A stretch of DNA of 64,000 nucleotides from a virus (lineage: Duplodnaviria; Caudoviricetes), in the IMG/VR virus record IMGVR_UViG_3300011008_002712; one strand, given 5' to 3'. The position numbers and the translations under genes were made by a program. A model generated the notes under the pieces. The model did no database searches, was not told the origin of the DNA, and was given only the letters and a program-made list of their open reading frames with translations. Shown piece after piece: positions 30,361 to 42,100 of this stretch. Position 1 is the stretch's first letter; every line of letters starts with the position of its first letter.

Positions 30361-32106
30361 CTAAAAGAAATTGCCATTCTTATCTTGTTGTCCTAATCTA
30401 AATTGATTTCTTTCGCCAGAATATGCATTTCCAGAACCAAGTCCATTTAATCCATTTCCAACTTGCCAATTATTTGCAGCGCCAGAATTAGAAGATCCCA
30501 GCCAATCTATGTTCGTACTCAAAGCAGAATTAGCATAATCAGATATCAATGAAGAATTGACACCAGAATTAGAAGAATCTTTTTGATTTGTTTTTGTGCC
30601 GCCTCCAAGCATACCACCAATTGCATTTCCTAATGCTGAAATTCCAATACCAGTTAATACATTTTTTAAATCGCTTTTTTTGGTAGTTGACGTTCCAACA
30701 TTGCTACGTGGAACTTTTACTTGTTGCGTTATAGTAAATTTCATTGTATATGTAATTGACATAGTAGTTGCAACTTTAGTCCACGTAAATTGATCAAAAT
30801 GCCCTATAAAAACACGATCATCAAAGTAAATAAATATTTGTCTTGGACGATACATGTCTGTTAAATTATCTTCTATATCACTCCAAGCTTGAGAAGCCAC
30901 TGAACGATCTATTTTTCTATTTGCATTCATTGTTTGAACAGAACTAACAACTCTATTTAATTCTTGTGTTGTCATTCTGTTTAACGCATAATAATTTCCT
31001 TGTGTTGCTTGATTAGGCAATGCATAAGAAGGTCTTTCTTTTCCTCCCAAAAATGTCGCAATTGCATCAACACCAGCACCAGCATCTGCTCCAAGTTGTT
31101 CTAAAATGCCAGATGCATTGCCTCCCAAACCAGCTGATCCAAGCAGTAATTCCGCAGCCATATCTTTTACTGTCGCACTGTCATATCCGCCCATAATGCT
31201 ACCTAATGCTCCAGTTAGGCCATTTAAATTTTCTTTAAACGATCCTCCTGGATTAAATCCATTTTGAGCTATGCCTTGTCCTATACCACTTAGCGCTGTA
31301 CCAACAACAGCACCAGCTGCTCCATTAGCAGTTGCGCCAGCTAAATCTCCAAACAAGATTCCACCAACAGTATCAACTTTACCAGTACCAAAGCAACCGC
31401 CTCCAGTTCTATCACCAAGAGCTCCTCCTATAACAGATTCAACTTGTCCAAGGCCATCACTTAAAGTACCAATTACTTTATCATCAATATAATCTTTTGC
31501 TTTTTGAGCAATTCCATCTAATCCTGTAAGTTCTAGAATTCCGTCTGTTGAACTTCCAATATTTTTCTTTCCAGTCAATGATGTCATTTTGTTTGTATGA
31601 ACAGTTGTGACATCAACATTTTGGTATTTTAATAATGTACCAGAATGATGGTATACTTCTTCTAAAGCTTCTATGCCTTTCATTTGAGACATTCCAGTTT
31701 CTCCGGTAATGTCCATAGTCCAGACATCATCGCCATAGTGATGGAAATATATTCCTCCGCGGGTAAATACTTTTGCTTTTACTTTTTGCGTAGATATATT
31801 AATTTTATTCGGATTAATATATAAAACTATTTCTTTCCTTTGTGTTGGAGTAAGATAGTATTCTATTGACATAGGAATACGTTCTTTCAATGACATATAT
31901 CTATCTGATGCCATTTGAGCAGCTCCATAATTATCGGTAAGATAATTATTATATCTAGCTTGTGTTTGCATGAACTTTTTTGTAGCTGCTACATTTTTTA
32001 ATTGTCCAACAATAGTGCCAGGAACATTAATTGATTCAGATAAAGGAGTGCTTCCAGATTGGCTAGTGCTAAATCCAAACAAATTGCCGATTATCCCTAA
32101 ATCCAT
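30361..32106 (-). CDS. Tail tube initiator-like baseplate protein with a large Gly-rich insertion
   Basis: LYINPNKI...KVFTRGG...DITGETG and FIGHFDQFTW...YTMKFTI halves; lies between the tape measure and hub genes. Confidence 0.6.
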   Translation of the reverse strand: MDLGIIGNLFGFSTSQSGSTPLSESINVPGTIVGQLKNVAATKKFMQTQARYNNYLTDNYGAAQMASDRYMSLKERIPMSIEYYLTPTQRKEIVLYINPNKINISTQKVKAKVFTRGGIYFHHYGDDVWTMDITGETGMSQMKGIEALEEVYHHSGTLLKYQNVDVTTVHTNKMTSLTGKKNIGSSTDGILELTGLDGIAQKAKDYIDDKVIGTLSDGLGQVESVIGGALGDRTGGGCFGTGKVDTVGGILFGDLAGATANGAAGAVVGTALSGIGQGIAQNGFNPGGSFKENLNGLTGALGSIMGGYDSATVKDMAAELLLGSAGLGGNASGILEQLGADAGAGVDAIATFLGGKERPSYALPNQATQGNYYALNRMTTQELNRVVSSVQTMNANRKIDRSVASQAWSDIEDNLTDMYRPRQIFIYFDDRVFIGHFDQFTWTKVATTMSITYTMKFTITQQVKVPRSNVGTSTTKKSDLKNVLTGIGISALGNAIGGMLGGGTKTNQKDSSNSGVNSSLISDYANSALSTNIDWLGSSNSGAANNWQVGNGLNGLGSGNAYSGERNQFRLGQQDKNGNFF

Positions 32107-32118
32107 ATTCTCACCTTC

Positions 32119-35100
32119 TTATTCTGCCTCTACATACTGCATATCACTTGTCCATTTATTACTACACAAAATTTTATAAATTTCTTCTAACATCTTTTCA
32201 GGAGATATCTGTTCTCCATTATGGTCTTTTTTCATTATGCCAAAAATTTGTATATTCCCAATATTTTCTTTTTCTGCCTGCTTTTGGGCTTTTTGTTGTT
32301 CTATCAAATTATCTTGTTCTTGCTGAAGTTCTTCTTGCCTTTTTCTTATTTCTTCATCTAATTTTTCAACTTGATCACGATGAGCTTTTTGACGTTGTTC
32401 TTTTGATTTTTTATGTTCTTTTTGGTAAGTTATTCTATGTTGTTTTTTAATGCGATTCATTTTTTCTTCTAATGATTCTGCATTAGGATCTACAAACATG
32501 TCATTAATAAGATGTCCAGTAGCAATTGCTCTGCTATTTCCATTTCGAGATGCTATACGTTTCATCATAGCATCTGCGTTTTCTATTTGTTCTTTTACTG
32601 TTTGAAGTTTAGGAGGAGCTTGATGATTTAATGTTTGATTTGAAAAACTTCCTCCGCCTTTCATATAACTTAGAACTTTTGGAACATATTTTCTAGTTTC
32701 CTCATATGCTATTTTTGACAAATCTCCAGTTGAAAAATACTCAGCAACACCAGTTTGTTCTCCACCACCAGAATTGTATGCAGCTGCTATTGCACCAGCA
32801 TGACCATGCCAAGCTTTTCCGAGTTGTCCAAGATATTTAATTCCACCTTTAATATTATCTTGTTCATCATATGGATTTACTCCTAATCCAGCTGCAGTTG
32901 ATGGCATTAATTGCATTGCTCCAATTGCTCCAGCAGAACTATTGCTTCCCCATTCTAATCCATTCTCAGCTTTCATGATTGCAGCTGCCAAATACGGATC
33001 AACTCCATATTCATGAGAATATTTCATTACCCACTGATAATATTGTGGATTTTTTGTTTTTAATTCTTCTAATGCTGGTATGCCATTAGATGATTTAGAT
33101 GTTTCGCTTTGAGGTTCGGCTGAATAAAAAGAACCGCCAATTCTTACAGCCGGATCAATATCTGGTATATAAAAACCGACATTATGTGCAAAACCATAAG
33201 ATCCAGAACCTTGACCTGCATTTGCTAGAAGTTCTTGTTCAGTAAGATTTATTACACCTTTTGCTGGATCATGAACCCTTATCGTGCCATCAGCATTATA
33301 TCCAATATAAACAACGGCATGGCCAACTGAATATGATGGATGAACAGCGTCATATCCGCTATGATATGCAAGCATTGGTTTTCCAGATTTCAATGTCTTT
33401 CTTACAAGATTCACCGCTTCTTCATAAGAACTTGGATCATATTGAGAAGCATGTATTGCGCTATACCATTCTTCACTATCCCAATATCCTCTTCTTAAAA
33501 ATTCTCCTGGATCTATCATTTCGCCAGTATATATAGCTCTCATCATTGCGGCTGATGTAGCAAAACATCCTATAGCAGACATCGAACTACCACCATTTGG
33601 AGCCATATCACCCCATCTTTCATCATGCTGTAACCACATTGGAATATTTCCAGCATCTACAGAACTAGATTGTGATGGTGTTCCATATTTATCAATAATA
33701 TATTTTTGCAAATCTTTATAAACATCTGGTTGTTCTTTGATTACTTCAGCAATATGCTGCCATAAATTAACAGTATCATGTGTTGAAATTGTTTTTAATG
33801 CAAAATCTGCAACTTCTTCATCATCTACATTTAATGAATCAATATCAGATGAATCATCTATATATTGTCCTTTTTCAGACATAATTGCCAATGCAATCGC
33901 ATTATATCTACCATCTTGTTTTAACATTTCAACATAATTTCGTTTAATTCTTTGGGCAAAATCATCTTTTTTACCAGAAAGATTTCTCATTTGATCTCTT
34001 TCGTTTTCCCAATATTTTTTATCATCGCTTCCTGCATTAGGATGATAATAATAATTGCTCAAATGAGTATATAAACGATTATATTCGTGATTTTCATCAT
34101 AATTTGCTGCGTAATCTTGATAGAATTTTGCAAGAACAGAATTATCAGACATATATTTATGCAAATTACCTTGTCCAAATCCAAATTCAGACGTAATTTG
34201 TCGTCTTTTTAATGCAATATCTGACAACATTTGTCCAAGCGTAGCATGTTGTCTTTTATTTTGCTCAACTATTTCTTTTAATATATTTTTTTGAGTTTCA
34301 TTCAGTGCTGTTAAGTCTAATCCATTATCCTTTAAATATTTTCTTAGAATTTCGCCTTGATCTGTTTCTGATTGAAGAACTTTCATGATATCAATATCTC
34401 TAATTAAGGATGTTTCATTCATTGTTGCTACCCAATTTCTAGTAGCTTCATCCATTTTTTCTCCAATCCCCATTTTGTCTTTCAGGAAATTACCAAACTG
34501 ATTGCCAGCATATCCACCTATCATGCTTCCTGCTAAAGCTCCAATTCCTGGTATTGGTATCAATGCTTGTCCTATTGCTGCACCAATCGCCGCTCCTCCT
34601 AAGGATGAACCAGTTCCAATAGCAATTCGTTCTAATCGTTCTCCAGCACTTCTTTGATTACCAGATAATGCATCTGAAATTTCACCAGCACCTTCAAAAA
34701 ACAAAGTCATTCCCCACCAATTTTTAGCAAAATTTTTCATATTACTAAAAACAGCAGAACTAGTAGAATGAATAGATTGATAATTTTTTATTTCTTGAAG
34801 AATAGTAGACTTAGTTCCACCTAATATAGAACTGCCAACTTTCAAATAGTCTCTAAATGATTTTATTTTCGGTGTCTCGGTCCCAAATTTCTTCAAAAAT
34901 TGCGTTCTATATGCTTGTGGAATGTTTTTTGCTTCTAAATAGACATTTGCTATATTTCTTATACTTCTTGGGACTCTTCTTAAATTTTTTTGAAATCTCT
35001 TTAAAGAAAATTGGCTTGGATGAAGAATATTACTTGGCTTTATATATTTCCATGCATTTGCAAAATTATTTCTCAAATTAGTTTTGAATCTTTGAACATT

Positions 35101-38100
35101 TTTCATTTCTTTTGCTGTCATTTTTTGAGAAATATATGTAGGAGTCAATTGCTTGAATTGACCGTTCTTAAAAAACATCGATATGCCTTTTTTTGTGAGT
35201 AACAAACCAGCTATTCCAAGAGCTACTTTCGATGTTGTATCTAAAACGTTTTGTTCTTCTTCATCGTCTTCCATTTCAATAAAAGAACCATCAAAATTCA
35301 TTAACCTAATTTTTGCTTTGCCTGACGACATAAACGTAGAAAGAGATTCAAAACCATTTATATTTTTATTTAATTTTTCTTTATCATCGATCAGTTGCCT
35401 ATCTTTTGAAAAATAATCTATTGCTTGAGGAATTAATGACACACCCAAAGCTACTAGTCCAGCCGTTCCAGCAATTTTTCCAAATGTTTTCATGCTTCCC
35501 GGTAATGAATTTGGTATATTTTTTGGTGACGAAATACTAGGATTAGTTTTAAATGTTTTTTGCAATCCATTTAATATTGAATTTGTAATTAAACCGCTAG
35601 CTTTTCCTAACGCATATTTACCGAGTCCATATGTCATTCCAAGAGCAGTAATGCTTCCTCCAATTGTAAGCAATGGATTGTCTCCAAACATTTTTATAAA
35701 TCCTGCAGCATTTGGATCATTAGCTAAATCTCTTATCGTTTTTATGAAACTTGCAATTTTTCCAGGAAGTTTTTCTAACAAATTATCTATAAATGATACT
35801 GTTTTTCCTATGAGAGGAGAAAAATTCTCTTTCCATAATTCAGCTAGTCTCATTATATTAGCTTGTCTATCTGCCATAATTTGTTGTGTTATCGCAGTTT
35901 GTTGTCCCATATTTGATAAAGCTTTAGTAGCTTCAGAAATAGAATCGCTTAACTCTTTTCTTTGTTTAAATTTTTTATCATTTTTTCCAAGCAAAATCTC
36001 TTCTATTTCATCATATTTGCCCTCTTTTTTCATGGACATCATCATAGAAACTTCTTTTTCTGAATATCCATCTTCTTTCAGCAATCTACCAAAATATGCA
36101 AGAGACAAATTAGAGTCTGATGAACCAAAAAAATCATCATACCTTCCATATTTAGACATCATGGCTTTACCCATCATTTCTCTAAAATTTTCTACTGGTT
36201 TGCCATTCCTGTCCATAAAAATGCGGCCTCTTGTCATATTCGCATATAAATCATATCCCATTCCTGACAAGGCGCCAAAATATGCAACTTGTGATTTATT
36301 TTGTCCAAATCGTTGAGCTACTTGTGCAGATTTTATTACTAATCCATGAGCATCTTCTATTAACATTCCTCGTTTTACAAGATTAAACATCATTTCTGTA
36401 GCATCATCTGCTGACATTCCAAGTTCATAGCTTTTTACAGCTAAAGAACTAGCTTGATTCAAATATAGTTTAACTGGTATTCCAAGAATTTTTGCCTGCT
36501 CAATTATATTTGCAATTTTTGATGATGTTTGATTTACATCTTGTTGAGAATCTTTATAATAATATTTTATTAATTGATTAAAATCATTATTATCTAAATC
36601 ATTTGCTTCTTTCATAGCAAATAAATTATAAGTAAATTGACTTAAATCTTCTCTATTTTTCTCTGGATTAGAATTATATCTTCCTCCAATTTGTCTAGCC
36701 AAAGATTGATAAAATTGAGTTGGAGCAGCCAATTGAATTTGTCCAGCAGTTAAATGTTGAAAACGAGCTCCCATTCTATAGATACGATTGTAGTTATCAT
36801 TTTCAGCAATATTTGCTCCCAACATTTGGTCTGCTAATGCAGCTTGTTGCATTAATTTACCGCTAGATACATCTGCATTTTTTGTGTCACTTAGTAATTT
36901 GGAAAGTGAGATAATTCCGCCAAGACCCATCATAGCCAATGCAGAATTAAACATTCCCCACCAACCAGAAACACCACTCATAATCTTATCACCAAGAGAT
37001 TCTTTGTTCTCTTGTGACTTGGCTTTTGACATAGCTCTTTCTCTATCTACCAATTCAGCATTAATTGATTTTAATTGCTTTAAATATTCTGAATCTGAAT
37101 TAAGTATCTCTAAAGAATTAATCAAATTGACAGTATTAGCTATTTGCGTTTGAAGATCTTTTTGAATCTTATCATAATTTTCTTTTTCTTTCGTTGTCAT
37201 TTTTTTATATTCGTTATCAACTAATGACATCGATCTTCTTAAAACCATGCTACTATCATTAACAACTGTAGTAGAAATAGATTTAATAAACGCATCTGCA
37301 GATGAATGATTAGATATTTGACTTAGAAAACTTTGTTGATCTTGTATAAAACTAGGAGAAATCAATGATCTTACAAATGATTCATTTTCAATTTCTTGGT
37401 AGCCCTGAGAAACTAATCTATTTTGTTGTTGTACAAATGGAATTTTTCTTAATGTGTTTTCTTGTAAAATTTCTCTTGAATTTCTAACAGATGAAAATTC
37501 ATTAGTCATTGGTTTTACAAAACCAGCAAACATTTTCGCTAATTGAACAGATAAATTTTCATTAGATTTAAGATTTTCTTTCTTCGTTGAATCTTTTATT
37601 TCTGCTTGATGATCGTTTATTTTATCAGAAACTATCACATTAATAGTTTCAAGACTATTTTGTATAGTATTAAACGTATCATCTTGCAAATTATTTGGAT
37701 TAACATTTTCTGAAAGTTCGGCCGTCGTATTTCTTCTTATCAACAATTTGTCATGTTCATCTTGTATTTGATGCATTCTTTGATATGCTTTTAATGCATC
37801 TTCCATAGTGTTGATAGGAGATTTTGTTATATTATTAGATGTTTTTGCTGCTTGAAGCATTTGAGCATTAATATTATCAATCATATCAGCAGCTGAAACT
37901 TTTTCGTTTTTTACTATCTTATTTAAAGAATTTATTATAGAATTTATGTCATGAGATGTATTAGCAATAGAACTAGCGTGTTGTATGTCTAAGTTCTTGC
38001 TAATAAATTCTTTGCTCATTTCGTCATTAATTCTAATTAATTTTCTAGCTGAATCATTGACATCTTCTCCAATAACTCCAGCTATATGACTAGAAAAATC

Positions 38101-38586
38101 TCCATATTGTTGTCTTTGATCATTGACAAATTTTATGATAGCATCTGCTGAACTATCTATATTGTTTGCAGAATTTTGAATTTTCAATACAGAATTTTTT
38201 ATATTCTGTATTGAATGATGACAAGAATTTACTAAACTATTAACAAAATGATTGTTGCTAAAAACATTAATTGCTTCATATAATTCATTAATAGCTATAT
38301 CTGTTTTTTGATCGTTTTTTATTTGAGAATTTATTTTATAATTCGATATTTCTCTAACATGATCGATAAATCGACTAAACATAGTCAAATTAAAACCATT
38401 AGGAATTGAATATGAATTTATTCCTATATTTTTAACGTCTTTATGTGTTTCTTCTAATATTTCTATCAATCTATCAATCTGTTGTTTCGTTTCTGTATTT
38501 AAATCATAAGCATTCGCTACGCGAATAGCTTCTGAGCATAAATTATCTAATTGTCTATAATTTTGTTCTAATGTAGAAATATCCAC
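32119..38586 (-). CDS. Tape measure-like protein 3 with C39-like peptidase followed by lytic transglycosylase (SLT)
   Basis: Helical, with hydrophobic/Gly-rich segments; WLQHDERWG..IGCFATS..GHAVV..VHDP; PYLAAAIMKAENG..GAMQLMPSTA..AAYNSG. Confidence 0.82.
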   Translation of the reverse strand: MDISTLEQNYRQLDNLCSEAIRVANAYDLNTETKQQIDRLIEILEETHKDVKNIGINSYSIPNGFNLTMFSRFIDHVREISNYKINSQIKNDQKTDIAINELYEAINVFSNNHFVNSLVNSCHHSIQNIKNSVLKIQNSANNIDSSADAIIKFVNDQRQQYGDFSSHIAGVIGEDVNDSARKLIRINDEMSKEFISKNLDIQHASSIANTSHDINSIINSLNKIVKNEKVSAADMIDNINAQMLQAAKTSNNITKSPINTMEDALKAYQRMHQIQDEHDKLLIRRNTTAELSENVNPNNLQDDTFNTIQNSLETINVIVSDKINDHQAEIKDSTKKENLKSNENLSVQLAKMFAGFVKPMTNEFSSVRNSREILQENTLRKIPFVQQQNRLVSQGYQEIENESFVRSLISPSFIQDQQSFLSQISNHSSADAFIKSISTTVVNDSSMVLRRSMSLVDNEYKKMTTKEKENYDKIQKDLQTQIANTVNLINSLEILNSDSEYLKQLKSINAELVDRERAMSKAKSQENKESLGDKIMSGVSGWWGMFNSALAMMGLGGIISLSKLLSDTKNADVSSGKLMQQAALADQMLGANIAENDNYNRIYRMGARFQHLTAGQIQLAAPTQFYQSLARQIGGRYNSNPEKNREDLSQFTYNLFAMKEANDLDNNDFNQLIKYYYKDSQQDVNQTSSKIANIIEQAKILGIPVKLYLNQASSLAVKSYELGMSADDATEMMFNLVKRGMLIEDAHGLVIKSAQVAQRFGQNKSQVAYFGALSGMGYDLYANMTRGRIFMDRNGKPVENFREMMGKAMMSKYGRYDDFFGSSDSNLSLAYFGRLLKEDGYSEKEVSMMMSMKKEGKYDEIEEILLGKNDKKFKQRKELSDSISEATKALSNMGQQTAITQQIMADRQANIMRLAELWKENFSPLIGKTVSFIDNLLEKLPGKIASFIKTIRDLANDPNAAGFIKMFGDNPLLTIGGSITALGMTYGLGKYALGKASGLITNSILNGLQKTFKTNPSISSPKNIPNSLPGSMKTFGKIAGTAGLVALGVSLIPQAIDYFSKDRQLIDDKEKLNKNINGFESLSTFMSSGKAKIRLMNFDGSFIEMEDDEEEQNVLDTTSKVALGIAGLLLTKKGISMFFKNGQFKQLTPTYISQKMTAKEMKNVQRFKTNLRNNFANAWKYIKPSNILHPSQFSLKRFQKNLRRVPRSIRNIANVYLEAKNIPQAYRTQFLKKFGTETPKIKSFRDYLKVGSSILGGTKSTILQEIKNYQSIHSTSSAVFSNMKNFAKNWWGMTLFFEGAGEISDALSGNQRSAGERLERIAIGTGSSLGGAAIGAAIGQALIPIPGIGALAGSMIGGYAGNQFGNFLKDKMGIGEKMDEATRNWVATMNETSLIRDIDIMKVLQSETDQGEILRKYLKDNGLDLTALNETQKNILKEIVEQNKRQHATLGQMLSDIALKRRQITSEFGFGQGNLHKYMSDNSVLAKFYQDYAANYDENHEYNRLYTHLSNYYYHPNAGSDDKKYWENERDQMRNLSGKKDDFAQRIKRNYVEMLKQDGRYNAIALAIMSEKGQYIDDSSDIDSLNVDDEEVADFALKTISTHDTVNLWQHIAEVIKEQPDVYKDLQKYIIDKYGTPSQSSSVDAGNIPMWLQHDERWGDMAPNGGSSMSAIGCFATSAAMMRAIYTGEMIDPGEFLRRGYWDSEEWYSAIHASQYDPSSYEEAVNLVRKTLKSGKPMLAYHSGYDAVHPSYSVGHAVVYIGYNADGTIRVHDPAKGVINLTEQELLANAGQGSGSYGFAHNVGFYIPDIDPAVRIGGSFYSAEPQSETSKSSNGIPALEELKTKNPQYYQWVMKYSHEYGVDPYLAAAIMKAENGLEWGSNSSAGAIGAMQLMPSTAAGLGVNPYDEQDNIKGGIKYLGQLGKAWHGHAGAIAAAYNSGGGEQTGVAEYFSTGDLSKIAYEETRKYVPKVLSYMKGGGSFSNQTLNHQAPPKLQTVKEQIENADAMMKRIASRNGNSRAIATGHLINDMFVDPNAESLEEKMNRIKKQHRITYQKEHKKSKEQRQKAHRDQVEKLDEEIRKRQEELQQEQDNLIEQQKAQKQAEKENIGNIQIFGIMKKDHNGEQISPEKMLEEIYKILCSNKWTSDMQYVEAE

Positions 38587-38650
38587 GTATCAAATGCCTC
38601 CTTATGTTTCTATAAAATAAATACAGAAAAACGAAATGAATAGTACAAAA

Positions 38651-38674
38651 AATGGCTAGAATCATCTAGCCATT
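38651..38674 (-). terminator. Intrinsic terminator
   Basis: aatggctaga-atca-tctagccatt followed by a T-run on the minus strand. Confidence 0.75.
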
Positions 38675-38677
38675 CGA

Positions 38678-39046
38678 TTATTTCATTTTTTCAATTTCGT
38701 TTTCTTTCTTTGCGCGTTCGGCATCATATAAACGATACAATGTCTGAAGAATATATGGATTAACGTTATCAAATAATGTTTCTTTTTCATTTTCATCAAG
38801 AGATTGATCGTTAATAGAAACTAATGCTTCTTTCATAGTTTCTCGTTGCATTTTAAACATACGAGCAACCATATCATTTGCACTATCAGCAGAATTATCA
38901 AGAATATTTGAATGTTCCTTTGCATTTACAATTTTAAATGTCCACTTTTTATCAAATTTCATAATATCTATATTGCCGGAACCAAGAGATACAAGTTCGT
39001 TGATTATTTGATCCACAGCATTAATGCTATTTTTCATAACAGTCAT
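38678..39046 (-). CDS. Short tail assembly chaperone (paralog of the N-terminal domain of 52441..53382)
   Basis: KKWTFKIVNAKEH..MKEALVSIND..KETLFDNV vs KTWLFRTLSPKEH..MKKALLSING..KDVLFDNL; directly upstream of a tape-measure gene. Confidence 0.7.
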   Translation of the reverse strand: MTVMKNSINAVDQIINELVSLGSGNIDIMKFDKKWTFKIVNAKEHSNILDNSADSANDMVARMFKMQRETMKEALVSINDQSLDENEKETLFDNVNPYILQTLYRLYDAERAKKENEIEKMK

Positions 39047-39113
39047 TCCTTTACTAAAAAAATCTAGATTTTTTACTCTATTAAAAAAATAAACGTAAAA
39101 CTAATAAAAAATT

Positions 39114-42100
39114 TTAGTTTATAACACAATCAGCGGAAATTTCTACATTATTCATATATTTTTCTGCTATATTTTTAATTATTTCAATTGCTTCTTTAAA
39201 ATGCTTTTTAGGAATCAATTCTGGATTTAATTTAATGGCTTCTCTTATTTCATCAATTTTATCAAATTCCATATCTATTTGCGCACGTAAATCTTTTTTC
39301 AATTGTTTATCTGCATCTGTATCTTTTGTGTCATATATTCCATATTTTTCTCTTATTTTTTTTCTTTGTTCATCTAATGTAACAACCTTTTTATTGGGAT
39401 CTACATACATATCATCAACCAAAGCGCCAGAAGCTATTACTCCACGTCCTTTGCTTTGAGCCATTCTTTTCATTATTGCATCAGCATTTTCTATTTGTTC
39501 TTTCGCTGTTTTACTAGAAACAATTTGTTGCGTATTTAATTCTGGTGTTGCTCCACCAAATTGAGTAGCGCCTTTTTTAGTTTCATCTGGAATCCAATAA
39601 TCAAAATCATCTCTCCACAATTCAGAGTCTGAAATTGTTTCATTTACTCTACTTTGAGTATATGTATCATTTGGATCATGAACAATGACAGAACCATCTG
39701 AACGTAATCCAGCATACGTAATAAAATGTCCATTTTGTGTAAAATAACTTCCGGCAGATGCACCAACAACAACTGGAATATTATTTTTTAATGCTCTCAA
39801 TGCTTCTTCTTTTGTGCCTTTATGGAATCCAACTCCATATTGATATTTTGCCGCAGCAAATGCTTCATGAGACATTCCAAAACCTTCATGAAATCCTTGT
39901 TTTGTTGACCAATCAGCAACGTCTCTTGGCGTTATATATCTGCCAGTCATATTACTTAATGCCATAGCTAAAGCTGTTGGACCACAAGCAGATTGTCCCA
40001 TAGAATTTCCAGTACCATTCAATGTGTCATATGTTCCACCATCCCAATATTGACCATAAAGAGGTACTAATGTGCCATCAGCTAATTTAGTATATCTAAT
40101 TTGATTGCCTGATGGATCAACTTGATTTGCTAGTTCTACTGAAGAACTTTGTGATGATGGTAACGAATATGTTTGTTTTTCTCCACCAATAGAACTAAGA
40201 ATATTGTTAATATAATTTCTCGTTTCTTGAGGTAGAACAGACATATCATGTGTACTAGAAAAATTAGTTTTTGAAAGATTTCCTGATCCCCAGTTATAAG
40301 CAGCCAAAACAGAAAGAATATCACCGTTATATTGCTGAATATTTTGAGCTAAGTATTTTGTACCGCCCATAACATTCTGTTCCATATCCATTCTATCAAC
40401 ACCAAGATATTCAGCGGTTTCTGGCATAAGCTGCATTAAACCATAAGCACCAGCACTCGATCCTCGATCATGCACAAAGCCAGATTCATTTTTTATGACA
40501 GCAGCAACAAGTCTTGGATCTACATTATACATATTAGAGTACTTTATAATCAACTTATAGATTTCTGGATGTTCATTTTTTGCAATTTCTAAAGCATCTC
40601 CACTTAAAGCGTTAGTCTCAAGACCAGCCAAATTTCCAGAAGAATTAAAATTTTTAAGTTTTTCTTCTTCCTCTTTCCATCTTTCTTGCCCTTTTACAAC
40701 CATATATTCATGTTCAGCCAGCAAAACATTTTGTTCTGCATAATATTTTGCCATAGCTTTTAATTCATCGGCCGTAACTCCAGATAAATCATTTGATTTT
40801 TTTTCTTTGCCATGCCAACTATTCCATAATGACTTAATATATTGATTTAAGTTGTCTTCTTCTGCTTGAGCATGATACACATTAGCTTGTTTGAACCAAT
40901 AACTATTTTCATCATTCGCGTTTTCTTGAGAATGGTAATAATAATTAGATATAAACTCATATTTGTTTCTTGTGGCTTCATTATATCTTTCATCTTGCGA
41001 CATTCTTTGAAACCAGCTTCCTTTTACATTATCATCATTATCCCATTCTTTTTTCAACTGCTCAGATATTTGTTTTTTTATAAGATTAGAATCGCCCGTT
41101 GGATTTTTAGATAAATCTTTCGAAGCTTGCATAATTGCAAATTGATTATCGCCATATATCTTTAAATATTCTTGATATTTTTTAAACCAATATCCTTTTT
41201 GATCATCATTTAATTTTTGCCATTCTATATTATGATTTAATAAACTCATTGCAACTATGCTTTCAAATTCTCTATTTGATAAACCAAGTTTCATAGCTGC
41301 GTCAGCAAATGATTTAGTTTGAGCAAATGTTGATTCTTTAGCAAGAACAACTTCAAATTTTCTATTATTTATTCCAGTGTATTTATCAATAAAATTTTTT
41401 CCTTCATTTTCATCAATATTTTTTGTTTCAGACGATTTATTTTGAGCAATTATATTTTGTTGTTCTAATAAATAGTTATACTGATCGTGATGTAAATCAT
41501 ATTGTTGAGGAGTTTCACTAGCTTCTGCTTGACTAAACATAGAATTATTCATAAATGGGATATTGATTGCTGCAATTCCTAAAAATCCACCAATATTTCT
41601 TGCCATATTAGTAGCTGCAGCTGGATTTCTTATGCCAACTCTAGAAGCAACAGCGGAAGTTATTCCTCCCAATAGAGTAGAACCAACTAATTCTCCAACA
41701 GTCATTTTTGCAGTATTGACAGCTACATCTTTCATGGAAAAATCTTCTCCAGTAGCAATAGATTCAGCAAGTTCAAAACCAGCGCCCCATATAGCATTTC
41801 TTCCCAATGTTTTTGCAGCGCCGCCCCAAGATGTCCCACCAAGACGAGCTTGTTGCATAGCTTGTTCTTTTGCAATTCTTTGTTGTTCTAATTGCTGCAT
41901 ATATTGTCGTCTGTTTTGATAAATTAATCTTCTTTGTGCTGATGACATTTTTGCTCCTGGCTGTGGAAGTGGCGGCAAACCAGAATGTGTTTGTCTATTT
42001 GTAAAAAATGATTTTATTTTTTGCCATCTTGTAAGAGAAGAATTAGACATAGTATTCATGTTTGTTGGAATCTTTCCTCTTTTTAAGAATGATAATCCAA

